The position numbers and the translations under genes are program-made. A model generated the notes under the pieces. That model made no database searches, had not been told where the DNA came from, and saw only the letters and a list, made by a program, of their open reading frames with translations. A DNA stretch of 63,987 bases, filler included, from Sphacelaria rigidula (taxonomy: Eukaryota): assembly GCA_964200075.2 (NCBI GenBank). It is 5 parts of 5 records of this genome, joined end to end, with 100 filler letters (N's around TTAATTAATTAA, not from the genome) between each part and the next. Parts side by side here need not be neighbours in the genome. Positions count along the whole stretch, not along the records: positions 25,642 to 38,357 come from CAXNAA020003478.1; positions 38,458 to 51,172 come from CAXNAA020003479.1; 3 more parts are not named here. One strand, given 5' to 3'. Positions 26,217 to 40,244 of the stretch are shown piece after piece (position 1 is the stretch's first letter; every line of letters begins with the position of its first letter).

Positions 26217-28237
26217 ACAACAACCAGAAGCATCTTACATAAGTGACTGTTTCTCCATCCGATGAAGCAACTGCAAGCAGACCTTTTAAGCGCCATTGTT
26301 TCGGTCAGAAATCTCAAAATGAGTGGTTTTATACCCTATTCCTGGAGTTTACTGTTGCGAGCATTTAGGCTTGCTTATACTGGGTACGCGTGTAAGCGTG
26401 ATTTACAGGAGGGTCCGAATCAGATCAGAACATGTACGGCAATCAATCGCTTGATTCAATCAATGCCGACCTCTACAGGCTGCTCCTACTACTTGAGATA
26501 ATAAGTAGCCCGCCATTAGATTTTTCGCTCTAGGTCTAAGAGTTACATTCTGAAATTCGACGTGAGGTGCAACTCAATGAGTTCAAGGTGAAGAAGAAGT
26601 AGTTATATTTTCTTGTTTTCTTCTTGGGTTCAGTTGGCCAAAATCCCGAGAGAAAAAAAAAAATCCACCCATATTTTCGGAACAAAAAAATATGTTTTCA
26701 AAACCAACTACTTTCAAGGATGGCTTGGGGATGATCATTTCGCACCTCTCCTCAAAATTTCAGGTTCCAACTCTAGAACGTCGAGCGAAAAATTCAACGT
26801 ACCTAGATTCCCAAGGGAAAGGAAACCTCGTACATCGTTCTTTATATGTTCCCCACATTTGTTTCGGCCGTAACTTTCGAGTGGCGACCCGTCACAACCC
26901 AAAACAGGTCTTGCTGTGCTTGCCTTAAAGTCAAGTACACGCGCACCAATCTCCAGCCCAATCGAGTGACAATTCGTGCGTTAAATGTCGATTTTTTTTC
27001 TTCATAAACCCCCACCAACGAGTATCGCCACCGGACCGTATTTGATGTCGAAGGATAGTTCGGAACGATGAAAGTGCCTGGATGGCCGATCAGAGCGCGC
27101 GGCGCACACCAGGAGGTTGGCTACGCGGCTAAAGAGAACCTACCCGGTGTGTTACTTTCGCCGTTGTTCGTCCTTCTTGGGCTGGAGACTCCTTGTTGCC
27201 TTCAAGGAGAGGGGCCAGCCTGTCCTGTCATGTTCTTGTGATACTCTATAATAGAGGTGCATTTTCCTGGGGCAACGTACATGTTCCAGGATTGTACATA
27301 GACATACATGATATTTTTCTCTTTTTTCTCTTTTTTCTTGGGTGCGTCCATCATGTGCTCACGGCTGGATCCCTGGGGGGTCAACTAAAGTGCGACAACC
27401 AGTCAACCAATCGAGTCACTCAATCAAACCAACATTCCGCTTCCATCGAAAAATATCTCCCCGAAGATTCTATACACATCTCGGCAATCTGCACACAACC
27501 CCCCTAGACCCTTGTACTACTACGTGATTCAGTCATTTTCCAGTGATTCTTCCCGCATGTACACTAATGCGAGCGTTTGTTCACTTCATGTTATCTGAAA
27601 ATACTTTTGCACTTGCAGCAAAGATCCTCGAATCTTCGCGGTCGACGGCTTGGTTAAACAGACCTTACACACGAAATTTATAATCACTGAATCTCCCGCA
27701 AACCCACCAACCGCGGTCTGCCAACCGGAATTTTGGGCAACTGGCCCCTCTCCATCCTTGGGACTAGTCCGTGGTCTGTTGTAAGGGGTTAACATATATT
27801 TCCCCCGCTACAAGCCTTGCGTTTCGGTCTCTATCGCGAAGAGGATCATGACCATGCACTTTCGCACTGCGTCGACTCTCGCCAAACAAGCTATTTTTCT
27901 GTACTCGCGTCTTGTTTTCGCTCTCGAAGACGAAAGTCAGCTTCTTTTGAAGAAATAACTCAAACGCATTTGGCAGAAATGGAAACTGCGCTCTTTCCCC
28001 CCCAAATGAAAAATGGTATGATTTGTGCTACGGGACCATTGGGGCTCGGTGTGACATACATGAGTAATCGGGGGAAAAGTCGCGGGTAAAGATCTGCTCA
28101 TTCGTTTTACACGAGGACTTGAAAAAAAGACGAGAAACGAATCCAACAACATGTGCTAGACCTGAGGACCCCGACCATGGCACGTCGACCGCACCAACAA
28201 CGAAACAGTCCAAAAAATGTTTCAATACCACGCTTGC

Positions 28238-31200
28238 CTTGCACGACAGCTCCGCCGGAGGTACATCCTCTCCCGCCGCCTCCTTTTGAGCCGTGCGCGC
28301 AACCCCCCCCGCCCCCACCCCAGCACCAAGAGGCACTCCTATCGGAGCCTTGTTAGGGCGCAAAGATGCCTTGACTATGTTCACTTGCAGTCGCTCGAGA
28401 CTGACAGCCACGCGAATGGTACCCCTCCTGCCCCACAGCCACGAACCCCTTCCGTGTGAGTGGGTTGATTGATTGCCAGCCCGCGAGATATTGACACACA
28501 CACAAACAAAAAGCAGAGAAACAGAGGGTGCAAGGGAGGGAACGAGGTGGTAACGTCAGACTTCTGACTATGCAGCCGGGCTAAAGGCAGGGAACTACCG
28601 GGCCGAACACAAGAAAAAAAAAAGCAAAATAATGTGATTTGCAGCGGTCGCACACACACACATATCACATATACATGTACAGCACCATGATCTTTTTCGC
28701 CAGATTACGAGGTATGGGGAACAGACAAAAAAAACGTAAAAGCAGGACAAAAAGAGAGTGCTGCAACCTACCGTAGTGCACAGTAAGAGGTGAGGATGAG
28801 GCGGGGTGGGGGTATGCCACTCATAAGATAGAGCAGCCTCCATGTAACACGAAAACAACAAAAAATTCCTCAGTTCATAACGCTTTGACATTTTACAGGG
28901 ATGTATGCCAGCTTCTCGTCTCACATCATACTACAGACTGTGACTCCCTAATCTCCCTTCCCACCGAGATTGTGACTCAAACCCCGACGTACTTTTTCAA
29001 CTCCTGTCGCACCTACTATCCCTTATCCTGTAGGCGGGGGGGAAGGCTGAAAGAGTGACGGGGGAATAAAAAGGGTAAGCCGGCGATACTGTTGCGACTG
29101 TTAATAGAGGTCTGCCACACAACGGGTTAACATGAGCGCTAAGAACGTAACTCACTTGGGATCTCGCAAGGCCAAGTCTGCGGGAAGTGTGGACGAACCC
29201 AGAGAGCGCAGTTGTGCAGATGTGATTCTGCAGACGCCGATGAGCTTGTTGCGGCCGGCCACGGCCGTGTGAACCCGCTGCAGGGCTCGCCGTTGGAACC
29301 GCCGTGCCACGAAGCTTACATCGAACAGTCGGTCGTCTGCACACAAAAAAGTAAGACCAAAAAATAAAAACAAGGATACACAAATGTAACTATACATGTA
29401 CGCTTCTTTTTTCTTTTTTTTTGGGGGGGGGTACTCAATTGTTGCTTACCTTAGTCGTTTGATTTCGACCACGCATCCCTTTCGAGACGGAGCACTGTTA
29501 CTACTCCTAGCAGAGACACCTCCAGATTGCGGGGCAATTCTTCCATACATTACACGAAAACCTTCTACTTCGTACGTATTTTATCCCCATCCTGCTTCGC
29601 CGTCTATGGCCACCATTTATCTCCTAGTAACGGCATATTTTTCTCCCTACTGTATAATGCATCAAACGATTTCATGCCACCTTCGTTTAATTCCCACATT
29701 TACCCCTTCACCACGTCCTATCCCTCCTTGTACAGTTCACGCCCAGCTACTATATGAGTTTTACTCTCTGTTACTTTGCCACAGGGGCTTTAAAAATCTC
29801 AGATCGTGTGACTGCACCGATATTCGAACCCACGATCACCGTGAGAAGGATTCGAGGTTACCAACTGAGCCACAGGGCCGGTGGGGGGGCATTCATGATT
29901 CCGCCTGCAGTAATCATAGAACCATCGACCTCGCATCCCTACAAAGCTGGGACGGAGCACGCCGGGTTTTCGCCGGACCAGACTCGCAATCATCAAGCGC
30001 GAAGCACCGCGATAATTTCGGCGAGTCGCACAAAGGGTGAGCTGCATCCCAGCAAGATTACTCGGCCTGAAGCGCACTGACCATCTTGCATATGGATGAC
30101 AGCTTCGAATGATACACTTCATTTTCTGGCATCGCCACTTTCAGAGACAGTCATGGGATACACGTCTTATTTATTTCATTTATTTATTTTTGGGGAGGGA
30201 ACACGACAGAGAAACTAGAGGGGAAAAACGGCGAATAAGTCACAGATGAGAAAAGCCGAAGTGGTAGAATAACCATGATAGGTTATAAGAATGACCCATG
30301 TGTGTGGGTGCAGACATGTAATGCACGGTATGAACATACCCCTGTATACAATCGCGCTGTGCTCTCATGGAAGCGTCGTGCCATGGGGCTTTCGACGAGA
30401 AGTGATCGTCCGCAAAAACAAACGATAAGGGGGAAAACAACAAAAAATTGAAGAAACCAATAACATCAACAGCTTGCGCGGTATACACACGTATTTACAT
30501 CCCGACTTCGATACGGTGGACATCAGCATCTTTGACACACTCCAACACGTACTTTGAACACGAAAAAAAGGCGAAATCAGCACACCCTGGACAATGACTA
30601 CAAAACACTGTCAAAAAGTGTACTGTGTACAGTTTTGACTATTCCGCCTAATGCAGCAGACATAGATTCCATATTGTACGCAGTACATTTTTATAACAGA
30701 ATCACACCATGGACAATATATGGTCGATAGATGCAGTAGACGAGAAGTGTACTGTATAAAGTATAGGCCTATTGCAACTATTGCCGGCTGACAATAGTCG
30801 CAATAGGCCTGTACTTTATGCAGTACGTTTCTTGTCTATGGCAACTATTGATCATACATTGTCCAAGGTGTGAATAGAATCTACTGTGATTATCCCGGGT
30901 GTGTAAATCAGACAGAAAATAAGCCTTCCTTTCCTCTTCACGTAGGGCGACTTTACCATTATTGCCAAGTGTTGAAAAAAAACACTCAGTGCACCTGAGT
31001 GCACAGGTAAAAATACTATGCATTTTCTCTCAGCATTTAGAAATACATACCACCAAAAAAAATGTCGCGGAAGAACTTCGATTAAAATCACATCCTGGGG
31101 CGGTCTACTTTCCTCTGGATTAATATTATACGCTGATGAATCCTCATTTTAATGGCGACAGGATTTGATGTCTACGTGAGCCCCTCCCTGTACATGAAAC

Positions 31201-34200
31201 CCTGGTCGAAATTTCGTGATTCAATGCACTGGTAGTGGCGAGCACTGCCGCTGCCTCGACCCCGCGCTACCTCTTTGAGCTAAATGATGTTTTCCCTCAG
31301 TCATTATTTAGAAGAGGGATTTTGGTCTCCAGTTTTTTTTTATTGTGTTGCTTTTATTTGTTTCTTGTTTCTTCGGGTCACTCCATCGGTTTTTCTACTT
31401 TTTCTTCTTGTCTCCTCATTTTTCTCTTTCTTTAGCAAGTACTCATGTCATGTTTGCCTTGGGTACGTGTATCTTACGTCTAATGACCACGCCTGGGTGA
31501 GACGGTCCCCTCGGGGATCAGTCAATTAGGGACAACCCACCAACCAACCAATCAATCAAGCATACGGCAACCTTCGCCTAACATCTTCTAAATCCAATAT
31601 GTGCTTGAGGCTACATCCTCCTGGATCAATACCATGTCCTCTGTTGATCAAGCAAATCGAAAGAGTATAGTAAAAACCACACTCCAGGAACCATCCTTCC
31701 GCTTTTTGAATATGGCTATCATTTCGGGTACTCGTCTAGTCCCAACTTCTTATGGCTGGGACAAAGTCTCCTGGGCGCAGATCGTTGGTAAAGGACACAG
31801 TAAATCTAAATTTACCCCCCCCCTCCCATTGATTGTACTACGTAGTGTTTGAGTAGTGAGACACTCATGAGGCAGTGTATAAGCCGTGGCTGTCTCTGGA
31901 AGTGGCGATGCCAGAAAATAAAGCAATTCATTGTAGGCTGTCATCCAAATGCAAGAGAACCAGTAGGCTTGGGTCCGGACACTCTTAGCAGGATGCAGCT
32001 CACCCTTNNNNNNNNNNGGTGGTTTGAGTGCGAGCCTGGTCCGGCGACAACCCGGCGTGCTCCGCCCCGGCATGGTAGGTATGCGAGGTTAATGGTCTTA
32101 TGACTATAGCACGCATGATCATGGGTACACTCCCCTCCCACATGCTCACCATACAAGTCGTCCGGCTTACTACCGCATTTGTCCCACCCTCCATCCCTGT
32201 GCCCAAAACCACCCTCATGTCCTCGTCCCGCACCACTGCTTCTTTTCCGACGCACGCTCCCCTGCCTGCTACCCCCTTCCTCGCCCTCCTCACTTCTGCC
32301 GTATCGATGCCACACCTGCGCCAGCCAACGATATCGGAGGGGGAAGGGGGATATCAGGTTCCATCCGAAACGGTGACCAGATCGTGTGCGAGGACGGCTA
32401 GTAGGCGGTGGGCGCAAGGCTGTGCGGGCAGAGGCAAGCAGACTGCCGTTCGCGACACACTGACATGGCATCACTGTGTGCCTTGCCTAGCGACAGACGC
32501 TAAATAAATAGCATGGGCGGGGGGTACTCATTTGTTGCTTGCCTTAGTTGTTTGATCGTTGACCACGCATCCCTCTCGAGACGGAGAAGCGTTCCTACTC
32601 CTAAGAGCGACACCGCCAACATTTCGGCGCTCATGATGTTTCTTTCGTGCATTACACAAAAGCGTTCAACATATCTTCTCCCCGTCCTGTTTCGCCGTTG
32701 TGGCCACCGTCCATCTCCTAGTATAGCCATAATTTTCTCCCTACTGTCTGGTACATAAAAAAAATTCATGCAACCTTCGTGTACGCCTCACATTTCCCCC
32801 CTCTAGCAACATCCGGGGGGAGAAGTAAAACTATAGTTCCGCCAAAACTGTCAAGTATTGCTTTGTTACATTCTTCGGAATCGCACTGCACGTGTGAGCG
32901 ATTTCCCGACTTCGACGCTTGCACCTGTGAAAGCCAATGACAATCCCGGCTGAAACAACGTACCTCCAATTGCACCTCCACACCCCGTTTACGATTTCTT
33001 CGACAGTTCGCGCAGCTGCACGGCTGCCTGCCCTCGCCCGCCCCAACCCAATAGCTGGCTCCCGATTGTCGCTGTTCGGTCGCTGCGATGCACGTCGTTC
33101 CGGGGCTAGCGCTGGTGGCGTTGTACGGTTCATCATCGTCTGCATTGGAGGCGTCGTCATCCTCTGGCGGTGGATCTGGTTCCGCAAGGTCGGATCGTAT
33201 GAGGAAGTGCTCTTTCCATTCTGGACGTCTGGTCTTGTGGTCGACCTTCGTTTCACCTACCTGCGTGCCGTTGTCGTTGTTGTTGTTGTTGTCATGTTCC
33301 AATGTTGTTGTTGTTGTTGTTGTTGTTGTCATGGTCCAATGATGTCGTTGTTGTTACGCATATGATACGAACATGTTCTGAGCGAGAATTGCGTCGGGTG
33401 AATTAATAAGCCGGGGACAGTCTTGGCTTTCAAGAACAGATCGATTTGAGTACGTCGACCTACTCCGTCATGCTCTGGTCGCGCATGCATAGACTTGCTT
33501 TCTCTTTCCAGGACTCACATATGTCGCCCCGGTGGCTCAGTTGGTAACCTCGTAACCTTTCGACGGTTGAGTAGTGGGGCTCAATTCCCGGAGCTATCTG
33601 GGGTCTTTTCTCACACCAGGCCCAGCAGTGGAGAGCGACTATGCCGTGGGTACACAAAATGCGACTTAACGGTCGACGAGGGAAAGGGACTGCTGAACCC
33701 CTCTCGCGATTAAAAATTAAGGCAAGCACCGCAGAAGGAACAAAAAAAAGAAGAAACTCCTGTGTTGACCTTCCTCCTGTGCGACCCCGGCTGATGCGCC
33801 TACATATGCCGAAAGGTGTAGACTGGCGCCCAGAATAAATGGGACGACAACACACACACACACATGGTAGGAATGCTTTCTCCCAGCGATGTGCAACGAT
33901 GTACGCGAGTTCACTGAGTGTACGTGACCGGATGAGCAATTTACAGGCGTCGGCAGCACACCCCAACACAAAGTACAATGCGCAAGACATCGTTGTTGAA
34001 AGTGCACGGAATAGCGCACCACATTCCGTCAACATCTACGAAACAACTTGATGTATCAGCGGGGCTAGCCGCCGAGATATTCCTGTTTTCAACGCCAAAG
34101 GGGCTCCAGGTTTCACACAAAACCTCACCAGGCAGAGACGCCAATGCAAAGTAATACTAGCTCACGGCGGGTATGGCCTATCCCACTAAGGACCGTAGGT

Positions 34201-36796
34201 GCACAGGCACAGTAAGAGCTTCTCACTCGGTGGGGTATACGGGGCATGTGGCTACGCGACGTAGACTTGGAGTTCGAAAGTCTTGGTAGGAAGTACGGCT
34301 TGATGTACGGGGGGTGGCAGAGCCAATGCCTAAAACGAGGAGCATGACCATAGCCCGGACTACAGATATATATTTTTTGTCGCACTTTCAATCCTTGCCC
34401 TTCCTCTGGACAAGACTGGACCCATCTTTACCCCGGTACACGCCTTGCACTTTGGTCTCGCGGAATGGAGTAGCACTCCCACACCGTGTCGACTCTCGTC
34501 AGCAAAGTCAGTCAAACAACCATTTTTGCGTTGGAGGACGGTTGTCCCGGGTTGACACGCCGGGCTCATTAGTGAGCGAGGTGGGCCATAGAGGGGCGTT
34601 GAATCGTAAATCACGTGTCTTTTGTGTTGCACGTTGGGTAAGGTGTCCTGCCATTGCCTGTAAAAGAAAATTGCTTGTCCTGTCGCGTCCACCCTGCTGT
34701 TGACCCTTTGACCGCGAGGGCAGGTCATCTGGCCACCCACAATTTTTTCAAGCGAAATTGATGCTGGTTCTGCAGATAACCTAGGCTCGCTGTCGAAAGG
34801 ATAAATACCAAGCGGTCGATGGTTGGTGCCCTTTTAACCTGCTAAACCACGGCACCGTACCCAACCATAGGTAACCCGAGTGCACCGTGCTCATCTGAAT
34901 AGTGGCCACGAGTGCCATCCATCGTTCATCTCATGTGTCTCTGGGAAGGTTAATGACTTTGCTTGGTTCAGAATGAAGCAACCAAGCGTTGCGTATGCCG
35001 TGATCATTGACTATTTAGAAGGAAGCGTGGACACGTCAAGGCTCGGCGTTCTGGATATTGTTCGACTTTATCCCGTTTCGTCCGAAATTGCTCGGAGAGT
35101 TAAGCTCAGCAAAAACGCATGCTGCGCATGATAAGAAGCACAGGGAGTTGCTAGTGCTGAATAAATTGACGATAAACTTCACGTGAACCACACCCACTGC
35201 GGTTGCAGCGCTTCGTTCCCCAGCGCCAGCGAACTAATAAAAACGTGTTCAAATTGAAGAAAAGAAAGTGATATCGTAAAATCAGCAGTTGATGCCGTAA
35301 CGCCTTCAAGCTTACAAGTGCAAGTGTAACCATAGCAATATATGTTGTATTTTGAGTCAATCATCGTGCTCACTTGTTCAACGATAATCAGATCTATTTA
35401 GAAGTTTGTCTCCTGCACAGTAAGAGTACAGGTCAAATATTTGCACTGAAGGGTTACAGCATCTCGTCCTGGTCATAGAAAGGAGAAAATTGACCCTTTC
35501 ACCGTCAGAGCAGGTCATCTGTTGAATCGGCATCACCTTCACTTAAAAATAAGGTAATCACCCAGATAACCTACCCTGGCGACCAGAGGGCCAAAAGCTA
35601 TCGACTCTCTTAAGGGGTGAAAACAACATATTCCCGACAAGTATCAATTTCGACGGACGGCATCTCATCGGCCTTTGCAGGGTCGCTTACAAAGACAGCA
35701 CCACATTCTTGCATTGCGCTGAAGCGGCAAAAGCTTCATGCGGTTATAGGTACTTAGACTCCTCCAAAAACAATCAACGGACACCTCGTAGGCCGCCCAC
35801 GGGGTTTAACACCCCCTGCCATCATTTCTCCACCTCGATTTTCCTGAGATGCGAGCACCCAACACCCCCAATAGATGACGTTCATTATCGAGACCTCCAT
35901 GATATTCCCAATGATATGCGCCATGCCAAGAGCCAGTCGGGTCGCCACGTATGCAAGTATGAGGACACTTCATTTGCTCCAAATACTTCTAGGTACGGTA
36001 GTACCATTTTTTTGGAAGCAACGTTTGCGATAAGACTCTGCACAGGAGTTGACATGAACCAACGGAAGGCACGGCAGGATACCTCGCTCAAAAAAATCAT
36101 ATTGAGATGTTTTGCTAGACGGGAGCTATTTCTCGAGAAGGTCGAGCCTTGAAAGTAATGTCGCGGGAATAGGGGAGTGTGGGGGTGTTATACTCCGTCA
36201 TTGATTTGTACCGTGCTGTTGTCTGTACTGTACGAGTAATCGCCTTCGGATTTGAATTCTATTTGGATTTTATCATAGTACAGATACAGATCCGCACGGG
36301 CAGCTACAGTAACCCTTCCAGAGTAGGTGTGTACTCGTACCAATCCAAGGAAGGCATGGGCACGCGCGTGGGTGCGGACAGTTCTCACAAGTCCATCATC
36401 TCGAGACGGCTACCGTGTATAACACAACTAAGACCTTCGAAAACTCTGCCCTCTTATCGGAGCGGGGGATGCTTCATCGTTTACCCCGTCACCTACAGGA
36501 AACGAAGATAGCAAGACCTGTTGTGCACACCAAGTCACCTTCTCTTGGTTGAATTTGACCACCACGTAGGGGTCAGGCATGCCCACGGCACCAGACGAGC
36601 GCGGCAATCCCTTGGCACTCAGCACATGTATTCGAAGCAGAGGAAGTTCCTGATTGCGATCCATCGGGTCTGATTGCCCCCACGCCCCCGGCCCGTATGG
36701 GCTATTGCTGTTACCTTCGAAGCCTCGAGGTGTTGGCGATGTACTATTCCCAGGCATCCGTGCCGAGTTTTCTCGAGGTCGCTTGAGGCTTTTCAT
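28238..36796 (-). CDS. C2-domain protein; exons 36796-36539, 33260-32964, 32315-32171, 29336-29156, 28448-28238; candidate further exons 25849-25755 and 24118-23950
   Basis: C2 motifs LRIHVLSAKGLP..PDPYVVVKFNQEK|VGETKV..TRRPEWKEHF, VQLE|VWH, KLIGVCRI and RGTIRVAVSLERLQVNIVKA. Intron phases 0,0,1,2 agree with GT-AG sites. Confidence 0.75.
30702..30873. ncRNA. Candidate pre-miRNA-like hairpin, ~172 nt, intronic
   Basis: Arms of ~80 nt (TCACACCATGGACAAT...GCAACTATTG and CAATAGTCGC...ATTGTCCAAGGTGTGA) pair almost fully around an 8-nt loop. Structure is seen directly; expression is not shown. Confidence 0.5.
33277..33329. repeat. (TTG)n microsatellite; others at 40208-40243 (TTG), 26187-26212 (TA), 41055-41078 (GCTGT)
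   Basis: Directly visible. Confidence 0.9.
33523..33863 (+). mobile_element. tRNA-derived SINE, full-length copy inside a C2-gene intron
   Basis: Pol III A-box-like head GGTGGCTCAGTTGGTAA, a ~270-bp body and a (CA)n tail. Body-only copies at ~23320-23610 (-) and 59870-60030 (-); head-only copies at ~29822-29880 (-) and 38458-38520 (-), which keep a GTTCGA B-box. Confidence 0.75.
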
Positions 36797-39700
36797 TGTT
36801 ATGGTTATATCTGTAGCTCAATGAACTGCGGCAGGTAGATGAAGATTGTGTGCTTGATGAATCTATTGGGTTCCACTGCAGAGTACACAGCAGCATTGCA
36901 TCCACCCTAAATCACCGACTATGGCGCTGTCCATGCCCCGGAAAGCAAGAAGCATCGCGTCTTGCCGAAAACTTTGACGACAATAAGCTAAACAGTCGCT
37001 GCTAAACGCGTGGTTCCATAATCTCGATTGACGTTCTATATGACGGGATATAACACCCTTCGACGGATGGAATATCATAGACGTAAGAGGACCAAGATGC
37101 TCTCCGATATACTGTAAGTGTAGTACAGGCGTCAATTGTATCCACGAAAGGGGTAGATTCATCGTATAGAATCTTTACTCTGCTCATGGATGGCTTTGCT
37201 GAGAATCTCCAGGGTCGCTCTGCTACTGACTGTCGCCTTGTGCGGGATCAGTAAGCGTAGGTTGTTCTGGGATCTGGATTTACATGTACAGTACAGTAGA
37301 ACGCAGTTGGCCGTGTAGAAAGTACATTCATGTGCGGAACGAATCACGATTAGAAATCACGGCCATCGAGTACGACCGTAAGCATGCACCCACGGCTTCA
37401 CTGTCTTGCATCCCCCACAGGCAACTCTATCATTTGACCATAGGGCTTTAATATTGGTATACCAAAAAAACAGAGGGAACAGACGGAAGTACGAGAATAC
37501 CCAACCAAAGGGAAGCGTCGTGCGTCGCGGGTGTAGTTCCAAGATCTTGGCTACCACGGGTGGCAGACCAGAGCACCGGGAGACACCCGAGGTACAGACA
37601 GGCGCAGGTGTGTGCTTGTTCGCAGAAATAGCAACCCCCTTCAACATAAGTTTCAAGAACAACGAAATCCTAAGGTGGTGTACCCGATGCGTACATGCAC
37701 GAACTAAAGCTCTAGTTCAACCGACGGGGCCGTTCTAGCTGAAAATGCCACTCTCGTGCGTGGAAACGTGTTCGCCCACCGACCAAGAACATCGCAAAAC
37801 ATCACGATCCATGCCTTCCCAGTCTTCAAACTTCACTCCTCCCCTCGACGTCCTGTTCGTATTTCCTTCTTCGACGCAGCAACCATATTTCTCTCCGCCC
37901 ATGGACACAAAACAGGTACCACTTTTGGTGATCAAAAAGGTGTCACGTGTTTCCAGACAAAAACGACGGCACCAACAGAGCGAGTAATATTTGAAATTTC
38001 TACGAGTATAGCTCTCGTGCTGCTGCAAGCCACACCACGTGTACCCCGTACAATATTCCAAACATCTTCCTTGGTATGAAGAGAAAAAATACCCATCCAA
38101 GAACTTCTGCATCATATTTGTTGGGACAATTGCGTTCAAAAAACGAATCACTGCAGAAGAAGCGTTCTCGAGGTTCCTCACGGTACGCTGGGCAAACAAC
38201 GCCATACGCGCCCTCAACACGGGACCTATTCTTGGTAGATGAGAAGGTTTCTATACCGCAGCAACCTCGGTCTTGACTGACGGCTGCACCTGACGAGCCA
38301 GAGTACCCCGAGGGTTGTACGAGGAGGTAAGGGGACGGGGGGCGGGTGAAGGGGAGGNNNNNNNNNNNNNNNNNNNNNNNNNNNNNNNNNNNNNNNNNNN
38401 NTTAATTAATTAANNNNNNNNNNNNNNNNNNNNNNNNNNNNNNNNNNNNNNNNNNNNATCGAACCCCCCACCTCAACCATCAGAAGGTTACGAGGTTACC
38501 AACTGAGCCACCGGGGCGACCGGTTTCTTAGTCTAGGTCAATATACAAAAAAGAATGTACCCTCATGTTTTTGGAACATTAAAGGGTGCTGCATTTCCCG
38601 GATTGAGGCGCGGCGCTGCACGCGGGCTTCACACCTCGAAAACACGTTCCAACGCCTCAGCCCCACGGCCAAGGTGCCTGAGCAGCGTGCCCGACCATTT
38701 TCTGTCATTGTTGTCACACGTGATATTAGGCTGAACTACCTCGCAGAGGGGGAGAGCCTGTGAGATTTTTACCCTGTTTTGTCAAGGAACATACGTGAAA
38801 AGTCTTGCCGGAACACACACGCCCGAACGGCATCATGTAGCGTCATAATGTGGAACATCAGACGGTGGACCTGCTATTTGACGTTGGATCTTCGTAATGT
38901 TCGGCACACAAGCGTTCGCGCCCTGGATGCATCGTGGGATTTTTCGGATCTGCGGGCCAACCGGCGGGGGGCTACAAATTCTTGGTCCTTGGGTTTGGGC
39001 CTTTTTGGCAGGATGTAGTTCAATATATACATATATACATATGTGGGTATGGTTGTCACTGTTCGACGTATTTTTTGCGGAGCCCGCGGTACGGTCACCA
39101 CTTCACAAAGGAGGGTCTGCACTTGAGCACAAAGGGGTACACACGTGAACATGAGAGGGTACGGGATGAATTTTTAGCAGAGAGTAGGGTGTACAGGGTT
39201 GTTGACAAAACAGGGTAATCTAACAGGCTCTCCTTTTCCGCGCCGTAGTTGAGCCTAAGACCACGTGTGACAACAATGACGGAAAATGGTCAGGCATGCT
39301 GCCCAGGGACCTCGGGCGTGGGACTGGGGCGATGGACCGTGCTTTCGAGGTGGTCGGGTCGCGTGCAGCGGCCCGCCCCGAACCCAAAAATACGGCACCC
39401 TTTTTTTTCCAAAAACATGAAGGTATACCCTTGCAGTGCACTGCCCTTCAGTGTAAGTGTGTTTCTGCTACTCACGTCCTCATGTGCCGACGATGGAAAT
39501 CCGCTATTTGCTGAAGAAAAAACAAAAATAATAGTATCTTGCGGAACCTCGAACCCGTAGTTTTCTACTTTCGAATGACAGCTTTCGGTTGGACCAGTCG
39601 GATCAGCTGGGCGCGGTCATGATTTTCATTGTTTTCCCACTAAGTTCATCCATGAGTGAGTGTTGCTTGTGTCGACTCCTTGTGCTCGTGCTGTCATATT

Positions 39701-40207
39701 TTTTCCGTTTGGCGTTTTTTTCCTTCGGCGTCGGTGTTTTTGGAGTAAGAATTATGACACCCTCGGCAGACGATCAACATGTCTAGAGTCGAAGCTCATC
39801 AGAGCATGGCGGCGTGTGCACTGCGCCAAGTTGATGAGGGGTTTTAGTGGGAGCATCCCCCACACTGCCTTGAGCAAAACTTGCAAACGGTCGAGGCGCC
39901 TTCCCCACATGACTACCGCGAGGCAGTCTAGCCGATCCTTCGGGTAATCGGCACACGAACTCGCTTGCAGGCTAAGTGTTGGGTTGAGTTTCCTCCTTGC
40001 GTCAAGAAAGAGAAAGAGAAAACATGTGCAACATAAGACGTGTACTGCCTAAACGCGTGTGAAGGAGCAGAAATTCTTTGTTTTTCTGTTTCGTTTTTGC
40101 TTTCGGCAAGAGCGATGCGTTAGTTTTAGTTGCTGATTTCTCCACCCCTTGCTCTCCAATTTCGTCGAGTAGTTCCTAAAATACGACCGACACCCCTCCT
40201 TTCCCTT

Positions 40208-40244
<37 letters not shown>

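Noticed and set aside
27506-27792. piggyBac-like MITE (ACCCTT...AAGGGGTTAA); similar ends near 34700 and 35490-35620
   Set aside because: The terminal match is too short and the left TTAA is not intact.
33523-33600. tRNA gene
   Set aside because: It has an A-box-like head but no convincing cloverleaf and is fused to a repeated body with a (CA)n tail, so it is a SINE head.
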